Assembly (NCBI GenBank): GCA_051530055.1
Contig: CM121342.1
Span: 654,797 to 718,796, forward strand
Length of the DNA stretch: 64,000 bases
Source of the DNA: Neoechinorhynchus agilis
Taxonomy: Eukaryota > Animalia > Acanthocephala
Reading direction: 5' to 3'
The translations under genes and the position numbers were made by a program. Every line of letters starts with the position of its first letter. The first letter of the stretch is position 1. The notes beneath the pieces were generated by a model. That model did not search any database. It was not told the origin of the DNA and saw only the letters and a program-made list of their open reading frames with translations. Positions 38,188 to 49,990 of the stretch are shown here, in pieces.

Positions 38188-38657
38188 TTTGTTGATCCAG
38201 AAAGCACAAAATTATAATAATAATAATACTTATTGGTCAGTATGAAAAAAGGAGTAGATGTAGAGGGAGGATGAACGGAATTGGGATTGCTAGTGTTGTG
38301 CTCGTTGGAAAAAAGGAACAAAATGTTGTAAAATTGTGGTGGTAGGGTTGAGAGGCATTTTGATTGTTTGTTGAAAATTTTATAGAGGCATTTGGTGAGC
38401 GAGGGAAAATCAGCTGTGCAAATCTTAGAGGCTCTTCCTTGACCAAACTCCAAAAAAATACTGGCCGCGAATCCAGAAACGCCAGAGAACATTACAGCGC
38501 CCAGATTATCCATTTTCGATGAAGTTTTGACAGGTACAATCTTACCACAATCGTCCTCAATTTGAAACGCCGATTTTTTGCAAATTCGAAAATTAAGACT
38601 TCTTGACAAATCTGCAATCAATAATATTAAATACGCGTTAAAAATCGAAGCATACAC
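38064..38657 (-). CDS. Possible secreted protein ORF, unverified
   Basis: Signal-peptide-like N-terminus; the 3' part overlaps NUDT14 antisense and is probably not coding. Confidence 0.25.
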   Translation of the reverse strand: MYASIFNAYLILLIADLSRSLNFRICKKSAFQIEDDCGKIVPVKTSSKMDNLGAVMFSGVSGFAASIFLEFGQGRASKICTADFPSLTKCLYKIFNKQSKCLSTLPPQFYNILFLFSNEHNTSNPNSVHPPSTSTPFFILTNKYYYYYNFVLSGSTNYLFLDTVGDTYPLFRKKSSRSYKNHMRPTIKLGAFPTDSS

Positions 38658-39032
38658 TATTAATTCTTTTATGATTGCTTTTCTTAGATGGCCCTAATTT
38701 ATTTCTCTGTTAACAAATTTTTAATATAGGAAGCATTTCGGCAATTTTGGATTCAAGTTTATCGTATGGAGAAAACTGATTTATCAAATAAACTTCGTTT
38801 CTTTCTAAACGTTGTTATTAAGAATTGGACTTCGTGGGGTTACATTTTTTCTCGCAGCAAAAGCAGAGAAATGGTACGTGTTTCGATGAACTTTAGATTA
38901 AGAGAAGATTTACGCAATTTTGTATGGCGACTTTGTTAGGTCTTATTAGAGGGATAGAAGATTAACTTCGGAGAAACTGCGATAAATGGAACAGTACGTT
39001 TGAACAAGATCTTTGACAATCATTCAATCACT

Positions 39033-40073
39033 TTACCGCCTAGGTCTCCAATGCATTGGATGTCTGTTTTGATAGTCGTATCCGCCTGGATAATAAGGTG
39101 GACGCTGATTCCATATACCAGGATACATATTCCACGAAGTGTTCACCATATATTGTGGATATTGGTGAACCATTGGCGGCTGTTGTGGTACCAGAAACGG
39201 TCCACGTATACGAGGATCCCATTGTTCTCGATAAGAAGGATTCATTTGTGGGCGATATACATCATCTTGATTCACCACGGGGTTATCGACTTTTAACTTC
39301 TTAGTTTGTTTCCTTTTATTTGCCTTCTTGTGGCTTCGTTCAGCCTCGTCGTCACTGAATTCGGCCTTATCGGCAGGCATCTCTTCATCATTTCTCCAAC
39401 TTGCGTCGCATCCCTTCTTGGTTATTTCCAGCAACTCTGGAACATTACTCACAGCGGCCACTTTTTCCACATTAATATCTCTATTTCGAACCGCTTCAGA
39501 AAGCAAATACACGGTCAGATCGCGATCATTAGGGAGGTAAAATACCTCTTGTCCAATACTCATCTTGATTTCGGTGATCGCCTTCATCGTATAGTAAGGT
39601 CGGACAATCGGTCCAATAACGTCGTTAACTCGACCAACGGATGATCCGAACTTATCGAATACAACTGTACCTTCATCGACGGTGTTGATCTTCATTGCAC
39701 CTCGTCCAGGAACATTTACTTGGGTGTGCAAAGCGATGGGCTCCGATTGAATGGTTACTATTTGATCAACGGTGGACACTATAGTACCTAAACGCTCCAA
39801 TCGATCGTGGGTTGGGTCCACGAAAAGGGTTATATCTTCGATCGGTGGAAGATCTTCAACCACATACGAATTTTGTTCTTCTATGATTTCAAATTGCTTT
39901 TTGATCAATTTTTCATCCTTAACCACAGAACGACTTTTATCCAGTAGATTTCTAAAAAAAAGAACAGAATTAAAATCCTTCTTTAGATGAAAATGCTGAC
40001 CGAATAAATGAGTCGTCTGATGATTCACTGCTAGAACTGATCGTACGTATCGATCGATCAATCGTCCATTCAA
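39033..40073 (-). CDS. NAF1: H/ACA snoRNP assembly factor NAF1
   Basis: VEDLPPIED, LGTIVS.VDQIV, VDEGTVVF...VGRVNDVIGPIVRPYY, KGCDASWRNDEE.P...EFSDDEAE, Pro/Tyr/Gln tail. Confidence 0.88.
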   Translation of the reverse strand: MNGRLIDRYVRSVLAVNHQTTHLFGQHFHLKKDFNSVLFFRNLLDKSRSVVKDEKLIKKQFEIIEEQNSYVVEDLPPIEDITLFVDPTHDRLERLGTIVSTVDQIVTIQSEPIALHTQVNVPGRGAMKINTVDEGTVVFDKFGSSVGRVNDVIGPIVRPYYTMKAITEIKMSIGQEVFYLPNDRDLTVYLLSEAVRNRDINVEKVAAVSNVPELLEITKKGCDASWRNDEEMPADKAEFSDDEAERSHKKANKRKQTKKLKVDNPVVNQDDVYRPQMNPSYREQWDPRIRGPFLVPQQPPMVHQYPQYMVNTSWNMYPGIWNQRPPYYPGGYDYQNRHPMHWRPRR

Positions 40074-40289
40074 TCTTGTCAGTCATCTTGAAAGAGAGAA
40101 TTTGTGGCCTTACTTTCTGTCAAAAAACCCCTCACAAGTACAACTTTGGCAACGACTTTCAGCCAATTTAAAAAACTGTTTTCGTCTGTAAAAACACTTA
40201 AATCGCTTAGTTAGCTAATCTCTAGAAGTTTCCAGATTTTCTTCAATACGAAAAAGGTACGAAAGAACAATTTGATGCGGCCCGGTTAA

Positions 40290-40590
40290 ATTTGGACGAT
40301 GGAAGGCAACAAATCTAAACACACTCTGGTGCAACAAAAGTTGCGTGGCATGACGAACAAATTAGTCGGCAACAAACCGCAAGAGGTGTGTGTGGATCGA
40401 ACCCCCACACTTCGGGTATTAGCAAACCCGCGGATCTGAGCTACATCCAAACGCGACCGACTGTGCATGCTGTTTATATTGTCTCCGTTTTAGATAGAGA
40501 CTGAAGAGGCAAGGAAAACCGTGCGAAATATTTCTCAAATAAATGAGTAACGGCAACACCGCTGACAGGATTCGCCAACGTACAAATATT
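40290..40590 (+). mobile_element. Penelope-like pLTR, near-identical to 62095-62392
   Basis: About 300 bp with only a handful of differences from the 62 kb copy; contains a hammerhead. Confidence 0.85.
40497..40536 (+). ncRNA. Minimal type I hammerhead ribozyme motif
   Basis: GAGA-CUGAAGA-G-GCAAGG aaaa CCGUGC-GAAA-UA-UU-UCUC. Confidence 0.65.
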
Positions 40591-41029
40591 GAATGTTTTG
40601 ATTGGATAGAAATAAGATCAAAGGTCACCTAAGTGGAAAAGTCGATTTTCATATTTATCTTCGTAAGTTTAACTCTAGCTAATAAGTACATTTAGACACG
40701 AAGTCCGATGAGACGGACGAAATATTGTGTGAAAGGGAATTAATAAATCAAATATCTTGGATTATTATCTTCGGTAGAAAAGATAGTTTCTTTTTCTTAG
40801 TTGTACCATCGCTCTGATTTAGATTCACTACTTTATATTTCTTTGAAGATTGAATTATTCATATAGGTTGTTTTCTGGCGTAGAAATTAAAAATTTTTTA
40901 ATACTTGAATTTTACTTTGAAGATATAAACCTAATTATTCGCCGTCCTCTTCCTCAATTGTCGCCTGAATGCATGCAGTGTTGCCTCTCAACACGGCTAT
41001 GCTGATATTTTGAACCAGGTACATCGCCG

Positions 41030-41395
41030 GTTGTAACCTGAAGGCGTCACTTCAGATCCCTCCGGAGTTGAAGAGCCTCACTACCAAAAGATCCGCAGGT
41101 CTTAACCCCAAAAAGCACAAACACTTGAACCCGGGCTAAATCGGGGTATTTCGCCGTTTTCCGTCCTTCTGCAGCGCTCGCTGCACCTCCAGCTTGAACC
41201 ACCGAGAACTTGAGATTGCTGGCCGCGAGTGTATCGACACAGTGGCGTCCCAGAGGTGGTATTTACCCTCCCGCCACGGAAATACGGTCACCCCATCAGG
41301 TCTACGCCCGTCGTCCCTACAGAAGTTTACAGGTTAAAAAATATTGGGGACAGGTACCGCGTAACGAGTGCCCGGCTCAGCACCATGTTAATTGC
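41030..41395 (-). mobile_element. CRE-like endonuclease-domain fragment (second subfamily)
   Basis: [11 protein letters not shown]...VDTLAASN...[15 protein letters not shown]. Confidence 0.75.
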
Positions 41396-41573
41396 GGATT
41401 TTAGGCTCAATATTAAAACCAGGAAAAATATTTCGATCGAAGTAACGTCGCCTTATCAATCATTGTTTGAAAGTGTGTTTACGACGATGTCGTGACCGGG
41501 ATTTTTTTTACCAAAAGTATAATAAATTAATCTTTACTATATCACCAAACAAAATATAATTGGTAAGAAAGCG

Positions 41574-43596
41574 TCAACCACTTGCATAATATTTTTGAAC
41601 ATTTTCAACGCTTGGTCTATAAATTTTTTTGTCCTTTAAATTCACAATCCAACCAGGTTCCAAACCGTATAAAATCTGGGTACGATGCTTCATTTCGTTC
41701 AAAGCCGTGTTTGAACATCGATCTTCATTTCTCATGTATTCGTAACCGTACTTCTGGGCCAATTTGAATCTCTCCACTTCGATCTCTTCTGGATCAGCGA
41801 GGTAGCCTCGCCATCGAGGGTCTGAATACATCTCCATTGATATCAGTGGAGGTGTGCCACATTTCGGAAGTGGAAGTCCTGATAGAAAAAATGATTTTGG
41901 GTCTTTTAATACAACTCGGCGTGTTCAGCAAGAAAAAATACGGCTGATCAAATCCAAAAATTTCGTTCAGAAAATTTGCAAGTGCATTCAAGTCGACTTT
42001 ACCTCCTCCGACTTATCATGTCAATTGCATCAAACTTGATCTTTCAAATTCTAATTTTCTGGTTTTTGCTTCAATATGCATATCATTTTCCTCCTTTTAG
42101 ATGGTGGATCGGCGACTGATTTCTCAATCGCATGTTTTCTTTTTGATTGCTTTTAGCAATCCATGCGGTTTAAACAAAATGTTTATTTTTGACACCATTA
42201 TTTCGGCGTTTTACTCCTTCTTCAGGTCCTCCCTCGGAAAAAAATTGGTCCTAAAATAAAACAATTGGTTTCAACAGCATAAAGTGCTCAAATAACGACA
42301 ATCTTTTCTTAGAGTATTGAATCCAAGTAAAAAACAAGGTATGAATTAAAATTTTAAATGAACTTCGATGGACGTTTGAGTAAATTATTATTTAACTATG
42401 AGAAATCTACAGACGATTTTACGTCAAAGGGGTGGTTATTCCTGAGCAAACTAAGTTGAGCCCCGCTACTATCAATATTTTCCGATATCTTCTTACGTTT
42501 ATCTAAAAGGCTTCATATGTTTTCCATAAACTTTCAAAACATTGTGATGAGACGTTTCGCCTTTGCCAAAATGCTCATCAGGTTATTCAAAAGATCAACT
42601 TGTAGTATGTTTCTGGACTTAGTTTTGATATTGTTCATTAAGCTGAAACCAATGGATGCTTGAAAAGCTTAACAATCATCCTGCACAAACTACAGATCTG
42701 GAGTATTTTTTGAAAACTTAAATAAAACCTTACAGTTCAATTTTGTTTCGAAGGTTTCGACAAACGACACCAATAGCCTGCGATTCTTTAAACTATCAAA
42801 GTCAAAAACACCAATTTAGTTAAAATCGAATTCAAAAATAGATTCTGTTGAATTAACCCTATTTTGTACGCAGAGTTGCTACTTAAAACATTAAGGCTTT
42901 CGATATCGTAGTATCGACAAGTGATGCGTCCGCCCAATTGTTCAATTGCAGCAATCACAGTTTCACTGGACACATTTTGAACTTCAATATTGATACCACG
43001 GGCGGCAAACGCATTGCTGCCTTCATCCGTCAGATTAAATCCAAAATATCCTTCTTCGACTGGAACCCGAAATATGCGGGTGTTACATATTGCAGCCATA
43101 TCGATAAGCTGATCGGTTTTTAGCTTTCCAAGATCAATCAATCGTTGGAGTTGTAGAAGTGAAATCGGAGTGTACTGACGAGCATCCTCAAAGCCTTCGT
43201 AATACGGTTCGTTTGGAACATCAAGATAAAATGGTTTGACGGCTTTTTTAGATTTTGACGAAAGTAAACTTGCTTCATATTGTGGCCTCAGTCTGCAAGG
43301 TAAGAGCTATAAACAAAATGTTGATTCTCTATTGGAAAAAAGGAATATATTACCCGTCTTTTACGAAGGATGGCACTTTCTGGGAGATTGGAGAGGTTGT
43401 GCAAAGTGATTCGTGGAAGTGTACTTAGTTTCTGCAGACAGGCTTCGACGGAGCGAAGGTCCATCGTTGAACTGTTTGGGGATAATGGGATCTTGCCTGC
43501 GTTTTCAAGTTGGCGGAAGGGAGGTACTACGATTTCGCGCTTTTTAAATCTTGGCTTGCTTGACAAGTTTCTACAAAATCGCACTAAAATCTTCAT
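41574..43596 (-). CDS. MRPL15: Mitochondrial ribosomal protein L15 (uL15m), multi-exon
   Basis: LPRITLHNL, KPFYLDVP.EPYY, RQYTPISLLQLQRLIDLG, NIEVQNVS...AIEQLGG, RGYLADP, ILYGLEPGWIVNL.DKKIYRP; GT-AG introns 43307-43353 and 43243-43269. Confidence 0.92.
42551..42581 (-). ncRNA. Hammerhead core inside the long MRPL15 insert
   Basis: CUGAUGA-GCAUUUUGGCAAAGGC-GAAA-CG-UC; stem I not evident. Confidence 0.5.
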
Positions 43597-44456
43597 CTAA
43601 AAAGCGTTTTTTTCTTGTAGATCGCTCAGTTTGCAACGATCCGCATGTAAACCTATTAATTTATTAGAATCTTCGAAAATAAATCACATGGCCTCCCATG
43701 TACGTAAAAAGAATTCCAACGAAAGAATATAGTAAATTGCATGACGGTGATTGGGTGCATTTTCGCGTTCTAAAATGAACCCTGAACGAATAGTAGTTCT
43801 TCAGCGTCTGTTATTTGACCAATCAGAAATTTAGTCATTTTATTTGTCCTTGTTTAACCATTAAAGGGACTTTTTTCTGACAATTGCAAACCATTAAATT
43901 CAAATCCTTATTTTTTTGCGCAGGCTTTAATTTTGCCTTAATTTTCTAAAATTAGCCGCTTTCTGTTAGATTTTAATCCGTTCCCAAGTGAAAAACCACA
44001 ATACTTATAGAAAGCGAATTTATGCTTTATATTGTTGTGTTTTCACGTTTTGAAAAAGCTGCGCTACATTTCTCAAGAGTTTTTACCGTATATTTTTGGT
44101 TTAGGGCTGTGATCGTTTGCAAATTTTTCAGTAGTCCACACGAGGACAAAAGGTCCATGAACGGAAAATATACGGTAAAAACTTTGATATTTTCAGGGCA
44201 AAGAGTTTTGATCCTAATTGTTATTCGATGACCTCCTGTGCAGAAAAGTGATTTTTAGCTCATGTTTCAACTGACCCTTCTTTGTTTCCTATAAATTTGT
44301 TCATCATTTGCGTTTTTTTTAATATATTTTTTATATGGACGCATTTCGAGTGTCGAAATATAACATATTTCCAATACAAGATTTTAAACATTGTTAAAGA
44401 ATAGAAATGATAACGTGCTATAGAAACGGTACTTTAATCAAGGGACCTATTTTTTA

Positions 44457-44678
44457 TTACACATAACATTCTATTTTTCCTTTCTTTAGTTTCGCTGCTC
44501 TCGCTTTTGAAACTCTCATTGCTTCCTGCTTATCTATTTGGTAGAATGCAAAGAGTAGGGAGAACATCGTCACCCAATACAAATAATCTGCCATAAAATA
44601 CTCTGCAAGTCGAATAGAGATGTGTAAGAGCAATCTTGCGCAGTCGTTCATCGACACCTTACTTAAAAAACATGGCAT
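44457..44678 (-). CDS. Possible small single-TM protein
   Basis: GTAAGG..CTTGCAG intron gives MPCFLKYFMADYLYWVTMFSLLFAFY...basic tail. Confidence 0.3.
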   Translation of the reverse strand: MPCFLSKVSMNDCARLLLHISIRLAEYFMADYLYWVTMFSLLFAFYQIDKQEAMRVSKARAAKLKKGKIECYV

Positions 44679-44877
44679 CCGAATCTTAAAATGCAAAAAC
44701 CCTAGTCGCCATGGAGACTACAATGGGACCTTAGAGATAATCTTAAAACCTTGATAGTTAGTCTTTTAAAATTAAACCGAATAAGATATTAATATTGTTG
44801 TAACCGAATGAAACTAATCTGGGATTAAGACGATCACTAATGACTTTAAAAGACGAAAATCCCGAATTTCGTTGCAG

Positions 44878-45145
44878 ATGGCACCTCATAAACACGACAG
44901 TAACTGCTGCTGCCATTCATCGGAAACAATGACAGAAGAGGTGGACGACCCCTTGTCAATGGGCAAAGATCTCTTTCCTTACATAAACCTTACGGTCGGA
45001 CTCGGTTGCCAATACCTCCAGCGCACTCGATGGGGCATTGAACACTTCAAAGCGCGAGTGCACCGGTGGAATAAATGAGCTTATTGCAGGTTCATACAAG
45101 AACGTATTTCGTCCAATCGATGACCGCTTAAAACTCCCAGATAAG
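44878..45145 (+). CDS. PITH-domain protein (PITHD1-like) N-terminal part only
   Basis: MAPHKH..CCC...LFPYINL...INE...GSYKNVFRP..DR; no downstream PITH exons recognised. Confidence 0.65.
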
Positions 45146-45160
45146 GTAAAAAGATGTAAT

Positions 45161-45778
45161 CTACAAAAGATCAGTTATTATCTCTTTGACCGCATTATGA
45201 ATATCCGTTGGTGTTTGACCACTCACATTGATAATATGCCAGCGTTCGTCATTTTTGTTCATCATTGCCTTATAGGCTGCTCGTACTTTTGATTGGAACT
45301 CGATTTCCTCGTAGATTTCATTCCCGTAATCATTTCGACTGGACGCAAGGTAATGAGGATCTCCGTCGAGCATTATAACACAATCAGGTTCTGGGAGACC
45401 ATTTTCCGGTGCTTTAAGCCATTCCGCAGATATACTTGAATCTTGTGCCCGAGTGTACGCAAATCCTGAATAATGGTATCGATCAACTAGGACAATGAAC
45501 CCTTTAGAAAGCCATTCATCAATTCGTGCCTTTTCTTCCCATCGGTTAGCCGAAAAGAGTAGATGCATTAATCGTGGGTTGTTCGGATTCGGAACTTGTT
45601 TTGATAAAATGTCCGATATAAATCGACCCGTACTGTTTTCCCGATACGGAAATCGAATCAATCGACATCGGGTGTCTAGCCAATCCTCACACATTCTGAT
45701 CTGAGTGGTTTTACCTGATCGATCGAGTCCTTCGAAAACTATAAGACGTCCACGCCGTTGACCATTTCTTACTGACAT
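45161..45778 (-). CDS. DTYMK: Thymidylate kinase
   Basis: RGRLIVFEGLDRSGKTTQ, RFPYR, HLLFSANRWE, LVDRYHYSG.AY, GLPEPD, EIYEEIEFQ. Confidence 0.95.
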   Translation of the reverse strand: MSVRNGQRRGRLIVFEGLDRSGKTTQIRMCEDWLDTRCRLIRFPYRENSTGRFISDILSKQVPNPNNPRLMHLLFSANRWEEKARIDEWLSKGFIVLVDRYHYSGFAYTRAQDSSISAEWLKAPENGLPEPDCVIMLDGDPHYLASSRNDYGNEIYEEIEFQSKVRAAYKAMMNKNDERWHIINVSGQTPTDIHNAVKEIITDLL

Positions 45779-46604
45779 CTTCAACTCACAGGCACTTAAA
45801 AGCGATCTGGACCAAGACCTCCTATTTACAATCAATTTCACAAATCCCGTTCAATTAAAGTCGTTTATTATTATGGGCGCCGACGAACACTCACATCCGC
45901 GAGTCGTAAAACTGTAAGTGACGGTGATGGTGGTGGTGAATGGCAATGAGATGGATTCGCGTTTGTGATTACCGACCTGAGAAATTTCTTTCCTGTTTGC
46001 ATCAATACTTCATTAACTTGACGATTTTTTGTTGTTGTTGAGGCGAAATGATAGGTTTTCATATTTTTTCTAATTTAGATCTCGCTCCTAAGCTTAAGTC
46101 CAACCAAAAATTATCCTTTTAAACGTTTTTTTGTGCATTTGCATGCCAAAGTTTTTGTAAAGTTTAAATTTTCATAATTAACCGATAGTAGCAATATATT
46201 TTCGTAACGAAATTCCAATTATTGTCTTAGGTGTTATTTATTTCTGTATTATCTACTCTGTTTTCTGCAGACATTTTATAAAATTCACATTTTATTTGAC
46301 AATCTAGGTAATAGGAACATAAAATTAGGATTATCGTCGAGAGAAAATTAGAGATGTGATGACTAGCATCGTAGGAAACTTACAAACAATGACTGATGAC
46401 CTTTCGAAATATCTCAATAAAATATTTTCTACCCGAGATCACGGTCGAATTATTCTCTCTTTTATTTCTTGAATTTATTCTTTAAAGCTTACTTCATTCT
46501 GAATTGCTCGCTCGTCGTATGAGTAAGCAAACTCGACATATTTTTTTTGAAAAAGTGTCTAAGGGCATTTTAAGTTTTTAAATCAGCAAGAAGAGTTCGA
46601 AAAA

Positions 46605-46683
46605 CATTTACACCATCGCCTCTCTGGATCATTCATGTGCCGTCCTGGTTTAACGGTCGAAAGGACGGATGCAGCGTCCCCCC
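46605..46683 (-). mobile_element. CRE-like 3' end fragment
   Basis: GGGACGCTGCATCCGTCC...ATGATCCAGAGAGGCGATGGTGTAAATG. Confidence 0.65.
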
Positions 46684-47196
46684 TAGCCCGTTGCATTACA
46701 TTATATTTCGAACGAATCCGATGAGTTACAACGTTTTATAGACTGACTTTTTTGGTACTTAAAATTGACCTGTTTCTTTTGCGATTGTTCTCCTGCTTCC
46801 ATTACCCTTAGATTCTGCAACAGACCAACGACGGACTGCTACGGAGCGAGTCGTTCGGAAGGAACACAAAAGTTTGAAGTTCCTTTGAACATTAGAGGAG
46901 ATTTGGCCATACCAGTCACGTAAGTTATTTTTCTTATACACCATTAACCCGGTTTCTTTGCAGTTCAAGCAAATTCAACCCTTGTACACACTTGTGCTTG
47001 TACGTTGCCAACAACTACGGCGGAAACGTGGCCACGAGCGTCGTTTTCGTCGGTTTCCGTGGAAAAGTTTTGGACTCTGATCTAAATAAGCCGCAGGTGG
47101 TAACGACAAAATACGAAGCATTCTCGAGGATAAAAGGATCTCAGACGATGTCAGAACCACGTTATGAGGTCAGTTGAGCAATAAATCGAATTTTAT

Positions 47197-49360
47197 TTAC
47201 AATTTGGTAGAGTACACATTGATTCGTCTTGTTCTTTTTGACATTGTTGTTTGTTGTTGTTGTTGACCCAAAAACCCCGATGGCATGCTTCGAATCGTGT
47301 TCAGGGTTGATTGGCTGCTTTGATCTTTCATTTTATACCGAGTGTTGCCGGTCACGCTAACAAACGGTTGAGTTGGTGCAAGACAATGAGACATTGGAGA
47401 CGTTGGAAGTGGTTGAAACACTCTTGTCGTGAAGAAGTTCAGGAATCGTCTAGCGTAAATCTTCGGATCCGTTACGCTAATTGATTCTGGATCGGTGTTT
47501 AAAACAGCGGTTTTTAGTACGTGTTCAAGGCGTTTACGCACTCCGTATGACTGGAGGATGTCGATTATGCCCAAAAATACAACCACTCGCTCGCCACGAA
47601 ATGTCGTTGCAAGAATGCCACCGCCGAACATGTCAGTTGGAGCCGGAGATGTGCTGTCGATCCGAATCGGTTGACCGGGCGCCGCTATGGAGCCCATTGT
47701 CGTCAGATACAAGGGATGCGCTATTGTGCTGGTAAACACATTGAGGAAAGTGGTTCAGGAAACAGTGGGAGAGAAAATCCTTGGAGATGATGGAGACGAG
47801 TGATGATTATGGGATAGAAAAAACATTTTGAATTGTGTATATCGTGATCATCGCGACTACAAACTTTATGTGCATTTTAAAAACCACAAAAAAGGGAAGG
47901 AAAGAGGTCTTTTAGATTTTGCCAAATCCTTTTGTTTTTATCGAACCACTGCCCTTCTTTGTTACGTTTAACGTTTTGATCTAATCGATGGATTCCGATC
48001 AGCATAGAATAGTCCATGATGCCAAAGCTCATGAGTACAAGGCAGTCTTTCCCGATTGTCTTAACTAGACTGTCATAGGTTTGTTGCTTGACCCTTAGAG
48101 CGCCCTGTGAGAACATATCAAGGAAATCATTGTCCTTAAGTGTAGGTTGAGATTTCCTTTTTTCAGCCTCACTCGCATTTCGTCCGTATGTACTTCCTTT
48201 TAGATCGAATCGCATATGAATGGGTTTAAATGAAGAAGGCAGAATATTGTTCATCACAATCAATCTCACTTGATTGAATCGATTGACATAAGTGTAAAGA
48301 CCGAAGAACTTTGGTAGAAGGCTTCGTGTGTTTTGATTAAAATTCAAGAAATAAGAAGGCATTAGGCGCGATAGGAAAACTGCCTCGCCAGCTTGAACGC
48401 TCTTTATTATGAAATTGTCGTCCGCAGTCGCGTACAGGAACGATCCAGATCGGCCGGGATTCGCTAACTGTCGTAGTGGTTCCGAACATAGAGAATTTAA
48501 ATATTCTATTGTGGCAGGTAGAGAAAAAACCAGATAAAATGATACGTCATCGATTTTTTAAAATTTTTCAATAACGTGCTATTTGTTACCATTCACATCT
48601 GCCACCTTCAGAATCTTAGAGCAAAAATCATTCACACCACCGCTCCTCCTGGCGTAACGGTCGAAACTGCGGACGCAGCGTTTCCCTTTAAATTGGCGGT
48701 ATTTTTAAAAGAAGAATAGCCAAAATTAAATAGCTTGAAAACTGTTTTTTGACAAACGTCCAAGTTATTCTCTGCCTGCCACGATGAGGCAGATATGCCG
48801 AAAAGCTGTCTAAAGTATCTGAAAGCGATCGGCGCAAAGTGCTTAAACCGAAAATCATGGAACGGATGACTGGGGGTTAACGCCGATCCCGCACTGGGAA
48901 AGTCAGTCTCTTCCATGACGCTGAAATCCTGGATGAGAACGTCTCGTTGAGGCTGTGATTCCAATCGGCTCGTTGTTACCTCAATGGCTATTTGAACACA
49001 CCTCATTATATCTTCGTCCCGGCTACTTTTTCCAACAGCAGAACTCGTATGAACGTTGCCGGATACAGGGCTTTCTGAGGGTCGATCGACGACCTCTGAT
49101 TGTCCATGTTTCGAATCGGAAGCTTGTAAAAAGAAATTTGGAGGGTCGTCATCAATTCCGGCCTGTAAGCGATGACCACTCCTTGCGCGATGCAACCAAG
49201 AACGGTCGCTGCGCGCGAATGGACTGTTTTGTAGCGGACTATCCTCACAATTTGATCGGGATCGATGACGTAACGAATACAGTTTATCTCGACCTAACGA
49301 ATCCAGTCTTTGTCGATATAATCTTACTTTTTTACACCGGATCGAGTGCTGGTAATTCAA
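47197..49360 (-). CDS. PIP5K1: Type I phosphatidylinositol-4-phosphate 5-kinase, multi-block; start codon uncertain
   Basis: QRDVLIQDF, FKHFAPIAFRYFRQLFGI, SLCSEPL...NPGRSGS, LLPKFFGLY, RFDLKGSTYGR, IMDYSMLIGIH, FLGIIDILQSY. Confidence 0.93.
48630..48687 (-). mobile_element. CRE-like 3' end fragment inside the PIP5K insert
   Basis: GGGAAACGCTGCGTCCG...GAGCGGTGGTGTGAATG. Confidence 0.65.
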
Positions 49361-49549
49361 GCAAAAAATTTACATTTGTATGTGCGCTAAAATCAAGGAA
49401 GAAATCTAAGTTACTATTGACAATGTGTGCGTAAACGCTATTGTAATGTTCCTTTTTCCGGTGTGGTTTTTAGACTAAAGGAAATAATCGATGTTTGTGT
49501 AAGATTTTTTTAACGCATTTGATTTTTTTTCATTTACAAGCAACAACAA

Positions 49550-49990
49550 AACGTGTCGCCACCACACTCGCTGCGTTTCCTCTACTCCTTTGTAAATCCA
49601 AGTGCCGAGCTATCGAGCGCACCCGGAGTCTCCACTTCAAAGGGTACAAAAACGTGAGACCTAGTTAATTCTTTATATTTCGCCATCTTTCGGTCCTTCG
49701 CGGCAGTAGCGGCTTCGCCTGGGGACTGCACTACAAACCTCCTGTTAGTTGCCGCGAACGTGTCTACAGACGTGGCGTCCCAGAGAAGACATTTGCCTTC
49801 TCGCCACGAAAATACGGTGACGCCATCCGGACGACGACCATCGAGTTGGCACAGGTTGCTTGGCTCTCAAATGTTTGGGACGTTCACCGTTTTTAGGGCA
49901 CGCGAAATTACGTGTTTCAATTTAGCATGCCCTCCCCAGCTGATCCACGATCATTCCACACCGTCAACGATGTTCGACACAAATCGGTAG
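49550..49990 (-). mobile_element. CRE-like endonuclease-domain fragment
   Basis: [24 protein letters not shown]...GEAATAAKDRKMAKY. Confidence 0.8.

Noticed and set aside
46330-46470. Possible Penelope RT remnant (LSKYLNKIF)
   Set aside because: Too short and degenerate to call with confidence
47813-47942. Possible second IR-bounded insert in PIP5K
   Set aside because: The repeat is low-complexity (A/T runs), the protein region is unconserved, and a single GT-AG intron (about 47725-47950) also restores the frame
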